The notes beneath the pieces were generated by a model that ran no database searches, was not told where the DNA came from, and worked only from the letters and a program-made list of their open reading frames with translations. Made by a program: the position numbers and the translations under genes. Below are positions 52,157-62,714 of a DNA stretch of 64,000 nucleotides, piece after piece. The stretch's first letter is position 1. Every line of letters begins with the position of its first letter. The DNA is from Bacteroidota bacterium (lineage in GTDB: Bacteria > Bacteroidota > Bacteroidia > Cytophagales > Cyclobacteriaceae), in contig JBCCDY010000001.1 of assembly GCA_039030555.1 (NCBI GenBank), forward strand, positions 253,141-317,140, written 5' to 3'.

Positions 52157-53245
52157 TTATCCTATTGATCGGCTTTCGCTACCCTTCTCAGCTTTAGCCC
52201 TTAACCTTTCTTCTTTTGCTTGAAGCTTGGCCAATTTTTCTTCTTCTTCCTTGACTTTCCATTTCTGGACCATCACTTTCTTTTTGATGATCTCAATGGT
52301 TTCATTGGAAATATCTACCAGAATTTTGGTGAGCTCGTCGTCTTTATCCTCAAACTCAGCTGTTGAAATCAGGGAATTGGTGAGCTCGCGGACAGCATAT
52401 CGATTCTTATTACTGGCCAAATCGTTAATGGTATTCTGGATCACATTATAAACGACATTCCCAATGGTTTCATCAATAGCTTTTGCCGCAGGTTTTCCAA
52501 TTAACGGAACAAGTTCTAAGGTTTTAACGGTACTGTTTTCATGAAGACCCCTGGAAACTACACCATCTACATATTGCTCAATATCATCCTTCTTGCTTAT
52601 GAGCGTATTGGATATGGCAAACTCAACCCTTCTGGAAATCCACTCCACGATCAGCTCCTCTTTTGGTTTAATAACTCCGTGAATAATTTCTTCTACAACA
52701 GGTCCTCCTTCTGCAATTTCTTCCTGAACTCCGGTCAATACCCTTGCTACAACACGGTCAGTAACTTCCTCAACCAAAATATTGTAATACTTTAAAAAGA
52801 CTTTGTAGGCCTGGGTTTTTACAAGGTTTACAATTCCCAGTTTGTGCAGCCTTAACAGAATTGAGATCACCCTTATAAATCTTACAAACCTGAAAGAGCC
52901 TATGGGAATACAACCAATCAGATCGTACCAGTGATAAATCGGGTAGAAAAACCATTTATCATAAACCCTAAAATAAGAGCTCAGTGCCCAACTTAAAACG
53001 AACTCACCTAAGTAAAGAGCAATAAACCCAAGGTCGATCAATTCGAAATTAGCATGGATGTTTACGCTATAGAAGCTGTGGAAATCTGGTAAGTAATTCA
53101 GGAAAAAAGAGTTAACCAGTTCAATTCCGAAAAGCAGATCGAAAATGATCAGGTTGAAGTTGATCACTAAAGCGATAATGATGAAGATATCAATAGCAAC
53201 CAGAAAGGTTTTCTGATCTCTTAGAACCTTTTTCGAACCCATCAA
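52157..53245 (-). CDS. voltage-sensor-domain (S1-S4) membrane protein with large cytoplasmic C-terminal domain and terminal coiled coil
   Basis: Four TM segments. S2 has LGEFVL (acidic E). S3 has HWYDLIGCIP (D....P). S4 is FRFVRFIRVISILLRLHK, with Arg at every third position. No S5-pore-S6, then about 225 hydrophilic residues ending in KEEEEKLAKLQAKEERLRAKAEK. Confidence 0.5.
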   Translation of the reverse strand: MMGSKKVLRDQKTFLVAIDIFIIIALVINFNLIIFDLLFGIELVNSFFLNYLPDFHSFYSVNIHANFELIDLGFIALYLGEFVLSWALSSYFRVYDKWFFYPIYHWYDLIGCIPIGSFRFVRFIRVISILLRLHKLGIVNLVKTQAYKVFLKYYNILVEEVTDRVVARVLTGVQEEIAEGGPVVEEIIHGVIKPKEELIVEWISRRVEFAISNTLISKKDDIEQYVDGVVSRGLHENSTVKTLELVPLIGKPAAKAIDETIGNVVYNVIQNTINDLASNKNRYAVRELTNSLISTAEFEDKDDELTKILVDISNETIEIIKKKVMVQKWKVKEEEEKLAKLQAKEERLRAKAEKGSESRSIG

Positions 53246-53320
53246 TAGTATTTTATTTTTGAGTGTTTTACGTCTTACGACCTCTCAAATAACAGAAATA
53301 AAATTAAGTTTCGAATTAAA

Positions 53321-53815
53321 CTATGTGGAAGGAATATGATGCTTTTTAATAATCTCATCAACAGAAGCAGGGCGAATTCTTAAAATCGTCCCTTTAAAGT
53401 GGAGATCCTTTCCAACCATGGCGTGATTAAAATCAACCTTCACCGTATTTCGGTCGTATTCAAGGATTCTACCAACGTGCCGATCACCATGATCATCAGT
53501 AACGTTTACATGATTATCTTTTTCAATTAATCCTTCTGGTATTGATCCATCTACTCTAAACGCATCTATGGAAAGGTCAATGATCTCTTCTTTTCTCGGA
53601 TAACCATAAGCATCTTCAGCATCTATACGAAAACCAAAGTCATCCCCTTCACCCAAATCTCTAATTTTATCTTCAAAAGATTTAAGTAAAGCGCCATTTC
53701 CGTATAAGAATTCAAAAGGGTATTTATCATTCATAATTTCAAGTAACTCCCCTTGTTCATCTCCCTGACGCAACTCGTAGGTCATCGTGACCACCGTATT
53801 ATCTTCAATTTTCAT
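53321..53815 (-). CDS. FKBP-type peptidyl-prolyl isomerase (SlyD-like, with insert-in-flap region)
   Basis: MKIEDNTVVTMTYELRQGDEQGELL and later FEFLYGNGALLKSFEDKIRDLGEGDDFG. Confidence 0.75.
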   Translation of the reverse strand: MKIEDNTVVTMTYELRQGDEQGELLEIMNDKYPFEFLYGNGALLKSFEDKIRDLGEGDDFGFRIDAEDAYGYPRKEEIIDLSIDAFRVDGSIPEGLIEKDNHVNVTDDHGDRHVGRILEYDRNTVKVDFNHAMVGKDLHFKGTILRIRPASVDEIIKKHHIPST

Positions 53816-53838
53816 AGATATTTATAACATATGGTGTT

Positions 53839-54486
53839 TTGGTTTGTTTCAGCTTAATGGTAACAACGAACGTCATAGAATACATAAGTTCTTGTTGGAG
53901 GGGTGAGGGGTTCGAATATTTGAGGCCTCATAACCAATTTAGAAGGTCTATTAAAGATGGGTTTCAAAGTATTATCGTCTCAGTATCATCCTATGATGAT
54001 GAAGTTTTAATAGATATTCATTTAGGCATCCGCCATAACAAAATTGAGAATATGATCTACCCTGTTACTAAGGGGCTTAAAGAGTTTGAAAGTGAAAGTC
54101 ATACTTTTTTGACTTCAACAGGTCGGATTCAGGAAAAGTTATACCACAGATACACCATTAAGGACGAAAAAGATCTTGAATTTGTCAGGGCTGATCTTTT
54201 TGATTTTATGCAAACGCATGGTTTAGAGTTTTTGCATAAAATGAAAGATCTAAACTATGCCAATACGGTCTTCAACACATTTTCAGATTATAACAATCAG
54301 CTTTTTTATAATCCTTACACCAGGGCGATAAGAGGTCTTACTGTTTGTAAATTAGTTGAAGGTGAGAATTTCACTGCTCTCAAAGAAACTTATACGGAGC
54401 AGTTGATACAGTCAGGATATCCAGATTCTTATTTTCAAAGTTTCAATACACTGGCTCTCTTCCTAGAAAACTATTCCATGAATTAG
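53839..54486 (+). CDS. hypothetical cytoplasmic protein
   Basis: 215-aa ORF with no TM and no recognisable motif. Confidence 0.3.
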   Translation: MVCFSLMVTTNVIEYISSCWRGEGFEYLRPHNQFRRSIKDGFQSIIVSVSSYDDEVLIDIHLGIRHNKIENMIYPVTKGLKEFESESHTFLTSTGRIQEKLYHRYTIKDEKDLEFVRADLFDFMQTHGLEFLHKMKDLNYANTVFNTFSDYNNQLFYNPYTRAIRGLTVCKLVEGENFTALKETYTEQLIQSGYPDSYFQSFNTLALFLENYSMN

Positions 54487-55034
54487 TCCTCCTCCGGATG
54501 TTCATGTCCTTTACTTCTGGGCCATAGATTTAAGAGTATTCCTGCGGTATAAGAATTTTCACTTAGCGAACTGAATAGTCTATCAAATTCTACATAGGCT
54601 ATGAATCGATGTGAAATCTCGTAATGTAAACCCGAACCTAAGTTCAACCCAGCTGCCTTTTCCATTTCACGATCTCCGTTGTCTTTATTTTCTTCTTCCT
54701 CAACACTAAAGTTAAATCCAATTACAGGGTAATAGGCCAGTCGCTCCGTAAAACGGAAGATGTAATGTGCATTAAGGTTAATCTCATATAGATCTATTGT
54801 GATTTTATCTTCCCCTTCAAAAAATCCATTTTTCCTGAAAAAGGTATATTCAGGGCCAAAGCATATCTTACCATTACTCAGATTATATAGTGCTCTAAAG
54901 TTCCACCCGATTTCTTCGATTTCATCTCCATAAATAATTCCACCACCAATACTAAGTCTGCTCGGCTGAGATAAGCTAATGGTTGAAACAAGAGTTAAAA
55001 GAAGAATAAGCTTAAATGGTTTGAATGGTAGCAT
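54483..55034 (-). CDS. outer-membrane beta-barrel protein (OmpW/porin-like small barrel)
   Basis: Signal peptide and alternating hydrophobic/polar beta-strand pattern. Weakest part of the call is the C-terminus, which ends in HEHPEED rather than an aromatic residue. Confidence 0.4.
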   Translation of the reverse strand: MLPFKPFKLILLLTLVSTISLSQPSRLSIGGGIIYGDEIEEIGWNFRALYNLSNGKICFGPEYTFFRKNGFFEGEDKITIDLYEINLNAHYIFRFTERLAYYPVIGFNFSVEEEENKDNGDREMEKAAGLNLGSGLHYEISHRFIAYVEFDRLFSSLSENSYTAGILLNLWPRSKGHEHPEED

Positions 55035-55130
55035 AGCTGGTTTTGGTATTACTCAAGATCGAAAATTTATACCAAAACAGCACTTCGCTAGAATAAATAC
55101 CTGCTTAACCCTTTACCTAAATGCCGAAAC

Positions 55131-58100
55131 TCAATACATAAACCCAAACCTGAAATATATGCCTCTATCATTAGAGTCGATGGCCGAAACGGTATAATCA
55201 AAAGAAATGGTTAATGCCTGAAAAGGCGAAACCCAAAAGCCCCCACCGTAGGCTTGGTGCCAACGCTGTTGTTCTTGCCGATCGGGTAAGTCATTAGGCG
55301 CCCAAACCCTTCCAAAATCAGCAATTCCACTTATCCCAAGAGGCCCTGTAAACAACCTGGTTTTAAGATCGAAAAGCTTTAATCTAAGCTCATTGTTTTG
55401 ATAAACAGCCTGCTGTCCGGCGAAGCGAGCCCTTCGATAACCTCTTAAGGTATTTAAGCCTCCGAGCCTGGCTGCTTGAAAAAATTCAAATTCGCCAGAG
55501 TTTATAACACCTCCAATCCGCGAGGCAATGGTAATTCTTCTAGCTCTATCTAAGGTTAAATAAATGGAAAGGTCTGAATTAAACTGCCAATATTGAAGAG
55601 AGTCTTCATCTCCAACCTGGTCGGAATAGCGCGCTCCAATATTGAAATTCATTCCTCGGGTAGGCCTGGCAGGATTATCTCGTGTATCGACTCCGAATTT
55701 TAAATAGCCTCCAACAAAATTTCGAGCTTCATCAAATAAAGTAAACCCCTGGCTTGACCTCAGATCGCTATATCCTGAAATAAACCTTGGAGGCTCACTA
55801 GAGTCTTCGTTATCGTCTTCTTCAACCTCTAAATTTCTCCAATAAGCTCCTATTTCAAGGTTTACTCGATCCCTGAACCAACGCCTTCTCAGTGATGATT
55901 GAAGAATATACTGAGAGTACCGAACTCTATAAAATTGATTGTCCTCGTCTTGGCTATCTTCATCGAACACAGTCCCATTCCCAAAACCATAGAAGAAATC
56001 TCCAAAACTAGGTTGGAAAATATTTACTTCTGACAATAGGTCCCACTTTCCTATAAGAGATAGTAATTCGTTTTTATATCGAATATTGTAGCTCGCAGAC
56101 CTGGGAGCAATATTGGCCTGGATGGTATGCCTTACTTTAAAAGGATCTTTCCGAAAGCCATGTTGCGTAAATGTAACCCCGCCTCCAATGAAAACCCCAT
56201 CGTCTGGATTAAAACCACTGTAAAAATTAGGCGCCAGCACATCATACTTAAAAGCATACCTATCGTATTCGTTAACCTGTTCATCTTTATCTGAGATTTT
56301 GATCTTTGCTTCACCTGAGTTAGTAATGGTTGTCCCCGTCTTATTATCATAGATCACTGTTGCTTTAGAAAGACCGGAAACCGAAGATCCATCTTCAATA
56401 ATATCTTCTCCGCTACCCCCGATTACCCTAACTTTAATTCCCTTTGAAACATCGCCTTTAATTTTGAAAACATCATTATCGCCAAGTCCATAAAGTCTTA
56501 CTTCTTTAGTTTCATCCGTATTAAAGGTTCTTTCGAATACCTTTCTTTTAATGTCGTTTTCATTTTTTCCCATTCGATAAACTTCTACTTTCGTTTCACC
56601 ATCGTTCACACGTTCAACGAGAAAAAGATCATCTTTTTTAGTTCCCACCACATCAACCTTTTCTGATAAAAAGAGGTAAAACTGACGGGCATATGTTAAG
56701 AGGTCACTGCGCCTGGTTTTTAGTTTTGCCAAGATTTCAGGTCCACTTATTTCGTAAATCTCTGACGGCATTCCTTTTAAAGAGTTTTCAATCACTTCAT
56801 CGGTAAGCTTTTCCTGAAGTTCTTTTGTTGCTTTTTCCCAAACAGACCAGTCTGCTTCTGTGGTAAAAGTCCTATCAAAATACCGGGCATTAAACTGAAG
56901 GCCTTCTACATCCCTTAGTTTATGCCAAAAACCCTGAAACTTGGGCTGGCCCCATTTGTGAGAGATCAAACCTATCAGCGCGCCATCGCCTTTGAAAAAA
57001 GCCTCGTCACGGTCGCGCGGTATTGGCTTATAAAGATTATGCCCTTTATCGTAGTCTGTATCCGTTTCAAATTTAGCCCACCTCCACTGATCGTCATGCC
57101 TGTCCCAATCGCCAATTAGTATATCAAATATCCTGGACTTCACTAATTGGTATTGGTCTACGGAGTGCTTACCATTTTTCTGAAGTTTCTCTATAAGATC
57201 AAGAGTACTAATAATTTCTTTCGAGTTGCCAAAATTGTCAAAGTCTTTACGGTTATCGTCGGGTCGATCTTCAAACAAATAAAGTTTGTTCTTAAAGTCG
57301 TCCCTGTATTGTCCTAATCTGGGATCATCTGGTAAATAAAAGAGCTTGGCATTCGTATGGTAAACACCAGCAGCCTCTGACATCTCTTTCAATCCCAGCA
57401 CACCATAAGGATGATTAGCGGAAATCTGATCTACAATCACATCGGCAGCCACGGTCTCCCTTAAAGCTACAGGTATGGCATACTGAGGAAACTTTTCAAC
57501 CGACCTTAAAGAATAATCGTATTCGTTCTCTGTTTCCTCTAACCTCAGTGATATTGTTTGCTGTCCGCCACCCTTTTTTTCAATGACAAGTCCACCTTTT
57601 TCTTTTCCTAAATCCAATACCGGAACATCGGAAATAACCGTTTCCCATTCTTTCCTATAATTATTTCCTGGTAAGCCTGGTTTTTTCTTATCCCTTTGAT
57701 GTTTTTTAGTGGCAAAGGCATCAGCGGTTTGACCTGAATAATCCAAATCTTGGATAATGCGCTCCTTTTCAGCATCTTCCAGAAGCTTCTTATTGTAAAG
57801 TCTTGTTTTGTAGATTGGTTCTTCTTTGCTTGTTTCCCACAGTTCCAACCAAACATCGCCATTTTTATAGTAGTTGACTTTAGAGAATCCTATTATACCA
57901 TAAGCGGCTGTGGCACCATTCCCACTTGCTGTAGGACTAGCAGACTCCAAAGAACCGGATATTACATAATGATCATCTTCATTTTCAAAATATTGAAATG
58001 ACTTTTCCCTACTTGAAACATAAACTACATTTTCATGTACTTTGAAAACATTGGTTAATGCATCACTGAATATTTTAAACGATGGATTTGAAACATCGCT

Positions 58101-58880
58101 TATGCCACCAATCCATTTATTGTACAATACATAGAGAGAGCCTAGAACCGGAGGCAAAAAATGTGTTTTTAAAGGGTAATATCCATTTGAAGGGCCATTG
58201 CTAAAAAGCGGATGGTAACCAGCTACAATGATTTTCTTATCGAAATTTTTTTTGATAACATCGTTTAAAGCGATTAAAAAGTCATTTCCTGAAGATATAT
58301 CGCACGATTGCTCCTCTCTACTGATTCTTTGCTGATTAAACCATCTTTGGGTATCGATGATGATCATAACGATATCATCATTAATTGGAAGTTCAACAGG
58401 GCCAGGGCACCCTCCGTTGGGCAGGAATACATTAAGCTTTTCATTCCCATCGCCTAAAAAATTCTCTATGAATTCCTCATAATGTTCAAGCCTTTTTTTT
58501 CCGATAAGACTTCCTCCATCCCATTCATTGCTTCCAGGTAAGACTACCGTATTTCCATTAAATTCTTTTATGAATCCATAGGAGTCTTTTAGTTGCTTTT
58601 CAAGTTCTACACGTTTTTTGATCTTAGCAGAATCAACCAGGCCGCCCTTAGGCGTATTGTCTCCTAATAAAACAAAAGTTGTTTTATCCTCTGATTGTGA
58701 AAGTTGCCTTTTTAGTACAGAGATATTATCCTTCGGGTTGTGAAGCCCGGAAACAAAAATGAAGCTATGCTCCAAGTTCCCGTCAGACCCTTCCGATGTT
58801 TGCTGATTTGTGAAATGAGGCTTATAGTTAGCACAAGAACATAAGATCAATAGTAGAAACAGCGAACCAAGTTTATCCAT
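55131..58880 (-). CDS. large lipoprotein-like metallophosphoesterase fused to Omp85/BamA-like beta-barrel
   Basis: 1249 aa. Lipobox-like LILCSC. N-terminal calcineurin-like phosphoesterase motifs (LLGDNTPKGG, VVLPGSNEWD). C-terminal about 400 aa reads as beta-strands and ends YFRFGFMY (aromatic terminus). Confidence 0.5.
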   Translation of the reverse strand: MDKLGSLFLLLILCSCANYKPHFTNQQTSEGSDGNLEHSFIFVSGLHNPKDNISVLKRQLSQSEDKTTFVLLGDNTPKGGLVDSAKIKKRVELEKQLKDSYGFIKEFNGNTVVLPGSNEWDGGSLIGKKRLEHYEEFIENFLGDGNEKLNVFLPNGGCPGPVELPINDDIVMIIIDTQRWFNQQRISREEQSCDISSGNDFLIALNDVIKKNFDKKIIVAGYHPLFSNGPSNGYYPLKTHFLPPVLGSLYVLYNKWIGGISDVSNPSFKIFSDALTNVFKVHENVVYVSSREKSFQYFENEDDHYVISGSLESASPTASGNGATAAYGIIGFSKVNYYKNGDVWLELWETSKEEPIYKTRLYNKKLLEDAEKERIIQDLDYSGQTADAFATKKHQRDKKKPGLPGNNYRKEWETVISDVPVLDLGKEKGGLVIEKKGGGQQTISLRLEETENEYDYSLRSVEKFPQYAIPVALRETVAADVIVDQISANHPYGVLGLKEMSEAAGVYHTNAKLFYLPDDPRLGQYRDDFKNKLYLFEDRPDDNRKDFDNFGNSKEIISTLDLIEKLQKNGKHSVDQYQLVKSRIFDILIGDWDRHDDQWRWAKFETDTDYDKGHNLYKPIPRDRDEAFFKGDGALIGLISHKWGQPKFQGFWHKLRDVEGLQFNARYFDRTFTTEADWSVWEKATKELQEKLTDEVIENSLKGMPSEIYEISGPEILAKLKTRRSDLLTYARQFYLFLSEKVDVVGTKKDDLFLVERVNDGETKVEVYRMGKNENDIKRKVFERTFNTDETKEVRLYGLGDNDVFKIKGDVSKGIKVRVIGGSGEDIIEDGSSVSGLSKATVIYDNKTGTTITNSGEAKIKISDKDEQVNEYDRYAFKYDVLAPNFYSGFNPDDGVFIGGGVTFTQHGFRKDPFKVRHTIQANIAPRSASYNIRYKNELLSLIGKWDLLSEVNIFQPSFGDFFYGFGNGTVFDEDSQDEDNQFYRVRYSQYILQSSLRRRWFRDRVNLEIGAYWRNLEVEEDDNEDSSEPPRFISGYSDLRSSQGFTLFDEARNFVGGYLKFGVDTRDNPARPTRGMNFNIGARYSDQVGDEDSLQYWQFNSDLSIYLTLDRARRITIASRIGGVINSGEFEFFQAARLGGLNTLRGYRRARFAGQQAVYQNNELRLKLFDLKTRLFTGPLGISGIADFGRVWAPNDLPDRQEQQRWHQAYGGGFWVSPFQALTISFDYTVSAIDSNDRGIYFRFGFMY

Positions 58881-59039
58881 TATTTTAATTTCCTTACTTA
58901 AAAAAATAAGTTAGGAAATATCTTCGAATTCCTGTTGTATACCAAGCACGTCTAGGATATTCTTGCCCTGATTTGAGAATTAATTATAAGAAGCGTAAAG
59001 GCTACACTTTAACTGATCGCTCTGTGTATAAGCAAGTCT

Positions 59040-60840
59040 TTAAATCAAATACTCTTTTTCTTCTTTGATAGTCATCTTGCCTTCTGAGTTCAGTCTTTCG
59101 CTTAGATATTTTGTTTTCGGAATCTCATAAGCAAAAAAGAATTCCATCGTTTTAATTTTACTTGTGAGAAAAGCTTTTTCTTCATCATTTGAGGCTGATG
59201 GTAATTTTTCAGAAGCGATTCTGGCCATTTTTATCCACTGCCACCCCACGGTGATCAAGCTGAACATTTCCAGGTATAGATTGGCATCTGCAAGATATTC
59301 TTCTATACGCCCATCCATGGCTATTTTACCTAGTGACCTAGTAATTTTTATGAGGTTATCCAGTTCCGTCTGAAGACGCTCTGCTGAGGGTTTAACTGAA
59401 TCCACAGAAAGTCCTTTTTCAATCTCTTCTTTAACTTCCTTATAGAAAAGCTCTACTGCTTTCCCATTCTCCAGCATCACTTTTCTTCCCAATAAGTCCT
59501 GCGACTGTATTCCGGTTGTTCCTTCGTAAATAGCCGTTATCCTGATATCACGTGCTAGCTGCTCAAGAGGAAAGTCTGAACAGTATCCCGCTCCTCCAAG
59601 AACCTGCATTCCCTGGTTCACCGATTGAATTCCTGCCTCAGTAGGATAGACTTTTACGATTGGGGTAAGCAGATCAAGAATTAGATTATAGTTATGCTTC
59701 TCATCACCTTCCGTTACCTTTTCCAAATCTGCATATTTGCAACATTCTAAAACCAGGCTTAATGACCCTTCAACAACCGCTTTTTGGAAGAAAAGCATTC
59801 TTCGGACATCCGCATGGTTGATGATCAATGTTTGTGGATCATTGATATTCCTTGATCCTGCCGGTCTTCCCTGAGGCCTTTCCTTCGCATATTCCAGAGA
59901 TGCATAATAAGCAGCCGAAGCGATCGCTGCTCCACTAATTCCAACCCCAATCCGGGCTTCGTTCATCATTTGAAACATATAGGGAAGCCCTTTATTAGCT
60001 TCGCCAACAAGAAAACCAACACAATCATCCTTTTCACCCATGATCAAATGCGTAGTCGCATACCCATGCTGTCCCATTTTATGAAACAAGCCAGCGGTCG
60101 TTACGTCATTGAAAACATGTTCTTCATTTTCCTCCCTAAATTTTGGTACAATAAAGAGTGAAATACCTTTTGTTCCTTTAGGAGCCCCATCAATTCGAGC
60201 CAGCATCAGATGGATAAAATTATCTGCCGCATCGTGATCACCTGCTGAAATGTAAATCTTTTGACCTTTAATCTTATATGAGCCGTCACTCTGAGGGGTC
60301 GCAGAAGTAGTGATATCAGAAAGTGAGCTTCCGGCTTGGGGTTCTGTTAGTGCCATTGTTCCCTGCCATTCCCCTGAAGTCATTTTAGTAACATACTGGT
60401 CTTTTTGTTCCTGTGAGCCAAAATTGGCGATCAACCTGGAAGCACCTCCAGTTAATAAATAATAGCCTGCTGCCGAATTATTTGCAGCTTCATAAATAAA
60501 CTCGGCCACACTTTGTACCATCTGAGGTAATTGCATACCACCATCTTCGTAAGAATACATCGCTCCAATCCAGCCACCAGCACCCAGTTCCTTTATGTAA
60601 TCCTTTATTTTAGGATGGACATAAACCTTTCCGTCTTCATACTTGGTACCAAACCGATCCATATCGACCAAAGAAGGAAATAGATGTGTATCTGCTATTT
60701 GCTTGGCAGACTGGATCATCAGGTCTATAGACTCCTTATTGTATTCAGAATAGTAATCGTATTCTTTGAGGGAATCCGCCTGATGAACATCGAAAAGCGT
60801 AAAATATAAGTTCCTAAGGTTGATATACTCTTTTGCCATT
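59040..60840 (-). CDS. long-chain acyl-CoA dehydrogenase family protein (FadE-like, with C-terminal extension)
   Basis: Start trimmed to MAKEYINLRNLYF. ACAD N, middle and C domains (GGAGYCSDFPLEQLARDIRITAIYEGTTGIQ), then about 170 extra C-terminal residues. Confidence 0.8.
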
Positions 60841-60951
60841 TTTTCGTCTTTTGAAGATTTGACTAATATATTCAAACCGTTTGTTGTTTGCCACAGAGAC
60901 TCCGAATAAATCAGATATTCGCTACCTTTGCGCCCAATTTTTAAGATTCTT

Positions 60952-62532
60952 ATGGAGTTGGTTAAAGAAATAGAGCGAAGAAAAACATTTGGCATTATCA
61001 GTCACCCCGATGCAGGAAAGACTACATTGACTGAAAAGCTTTTACTTTTTGGTGGTGCAATCCAAAAAGCAGGAGCCGTTAAGTCCAATAAAATCAAGAA
61101 CCATGCGCATTCCGATTTTATGGAGATTGAGAAGCAGCGTGGTATATCCGTTGCCACTTCCGTGATGGGGTTTGATTATGATGGTGTAAAAATCAACTTA
61201 TTAGATACTCCCGGTCACCAGGATTTCGCTGAAGATACCTACCGAACACTTACTGCGGTAGATAGTGTGGTGATGGTTATTGATTGTGTGAAAGGAGTGG
61301 AAGCTCAGACTGAAAAATTGATGGAAGTATGCCGAATGAGAAGCACTCCGGTCATCTCGTTTATAAACAAACTTGACCGTGAGGGTAGAGACCCTTTCGA
61401 TCTTCTGGATGAAATTGAAAACAAACTAAGCATTCAGGTTCGGCCATTAAGCTGGCCCATCAGCATGGGTAAAAGCTTTAAAGGTGTTTATAGCTTATTC
61501 AATAAAGAATTGGTGCTTTTTCAGCCCAGTAGAACGGAATTATCTGATGAGGTCGTTAAGATCAAAGATATTAATGACCCTAAGCTCAATGAACTGGTGG
61601 GAGAAGCTAATGCAGAGAAATTAAGGGAAGATGTAGAATTGGTGGAAGGTGTTTACCCTCCTTTTGAGGTGGAAGAATACCTATCGGGTAAACTGGCTCC
61701 TGTTTTCTTTGGAAGTGCGGTAAACAACTTTGGTGTAAAAGAGCTATTGGATAGCTTCTTGAAAATTGCTCCAATGCCTAGGCCAAGGGAAACGGAAGAG
61801 CGCATGATAAAGCCCGATGAGGATAAATTCAGTGGATTTATTTTTAAGATCCATGCTAATATGGATCCTAAACACCGTAACAGAATAGCCTTTTTGAGGG
61901 TTTGCTCTGGAAAATTTCAAAGGACAAGTAATTATTATCACGTTCGTGCCGACAAGAAATTCCGTTTCTCAAATGCAACAGCCTTCATGGCACAAGAAAA
62001 AGAAACGATCGATGAGGCTTTTCCAGGCGATATTGTGGGCCTTTATGATACCGGAAACCTTAAAATAGGAGATACTCTTTCTGAAGGAGAAAAAGGTTTA
62101 TACAAGGGTATTCCAAGCTTTTCCCCTGAAATCTTCAAAGAGGTTATCAATAAAGACGCCATGAAAACCAAGCAGCTGGAGAAAGGGCTAAATCAGCTTA
62201 TGGAAGAGGGTGTTGCCCAGCTTTTTACCTATGAGATGGGAGCCAGAAAAGTTGTTGGCGTTGTCGGTAACCTTCAGTTCGAAGTGATTCAGCATAGGCT
62301 GAAAAATGAATATGGTGCCAGTTGTGGCTTTGTCGGCGTAAATCTTCATAAGGCCTGCTGGATAAGCAGTAACGACCGAAAGAAACTGAATGAGTTCATC
62401 GATTCAAAATATAGGCATATCGCTAAGGATAAAGATGGAAATCTTGTTTTTATGGCTGAAACCAAAGCTTGGCTCCAGATGGTTCAGGATAATTATCCTG
62501 ATATAGAATTTCACTTTACCTCAGAATTTTAA
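60952..62532 (+). CDS. prfC: peptide chain release factor 3
   Basis: Start trimmed to [32 protein letters not shown]1-G4 GTPase motifs and an RF3 C-terminal domain. Confidence 0.9.
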   Translation: MELVKEIERRKTFGIISHPDAGKTTLTEKLLLFGGAIQKAGAVKSNKIKNHAHSDFMEIEKQRGISVATSVMGFDYDGVKINLLDTPGHQDFAEDTYRTLTAVDSVVMVIDCVKGVEAQTEKLMEVCRMRSTPVISFINKLDREGRDPFDLLDEIENKLSIQVRPLSWPISMGKSFKGVYSLFNKELVLFQPSRTELSDEVVKIKDINDPKLNELVGEANAEKLREDVELVEGVYPPFEVEEYLSGKLAPVFFGSAVNNFGVKELLDSFLKIAPMPRPRETEERMIKPDEDKFSGFIFKIHANMDPKHRNRIAFLRVCSGKFQRTSNYYHVRADKKFRFSNATAFMAQEKETIDEAFPGDIVGLYDTGNLKIGDTLSEGEKGLYKGIPSFSPEIFKEVINKDAMKTKQLEKGLNQLMEEGVAQLFTYEMGARKVVGVVGNLQFEVIQHRLKNEYGASCGFVGVNLHKACWISSNDRKKLNEFIDSKYRHIAKDKDGNLVFMAETKAWLQMVQDNYPDIEFHFTSEF

Positions 62533-62714
62533 TTGATAACATTAAAAAAACCTTAATTAGCCTCTTTATTCGTTAGTAATTCATCTACTTCGTCAAAATC
62601 TGATGTAAGATCAAATCAAATACGTTTAAAATCTAATTGCCACGGTATCGGTAATAATTTTTATTCTTGTATTTGTGCTGTTATATGATCGGAAGCTGAA
62701 GAAATATTTAGAAT

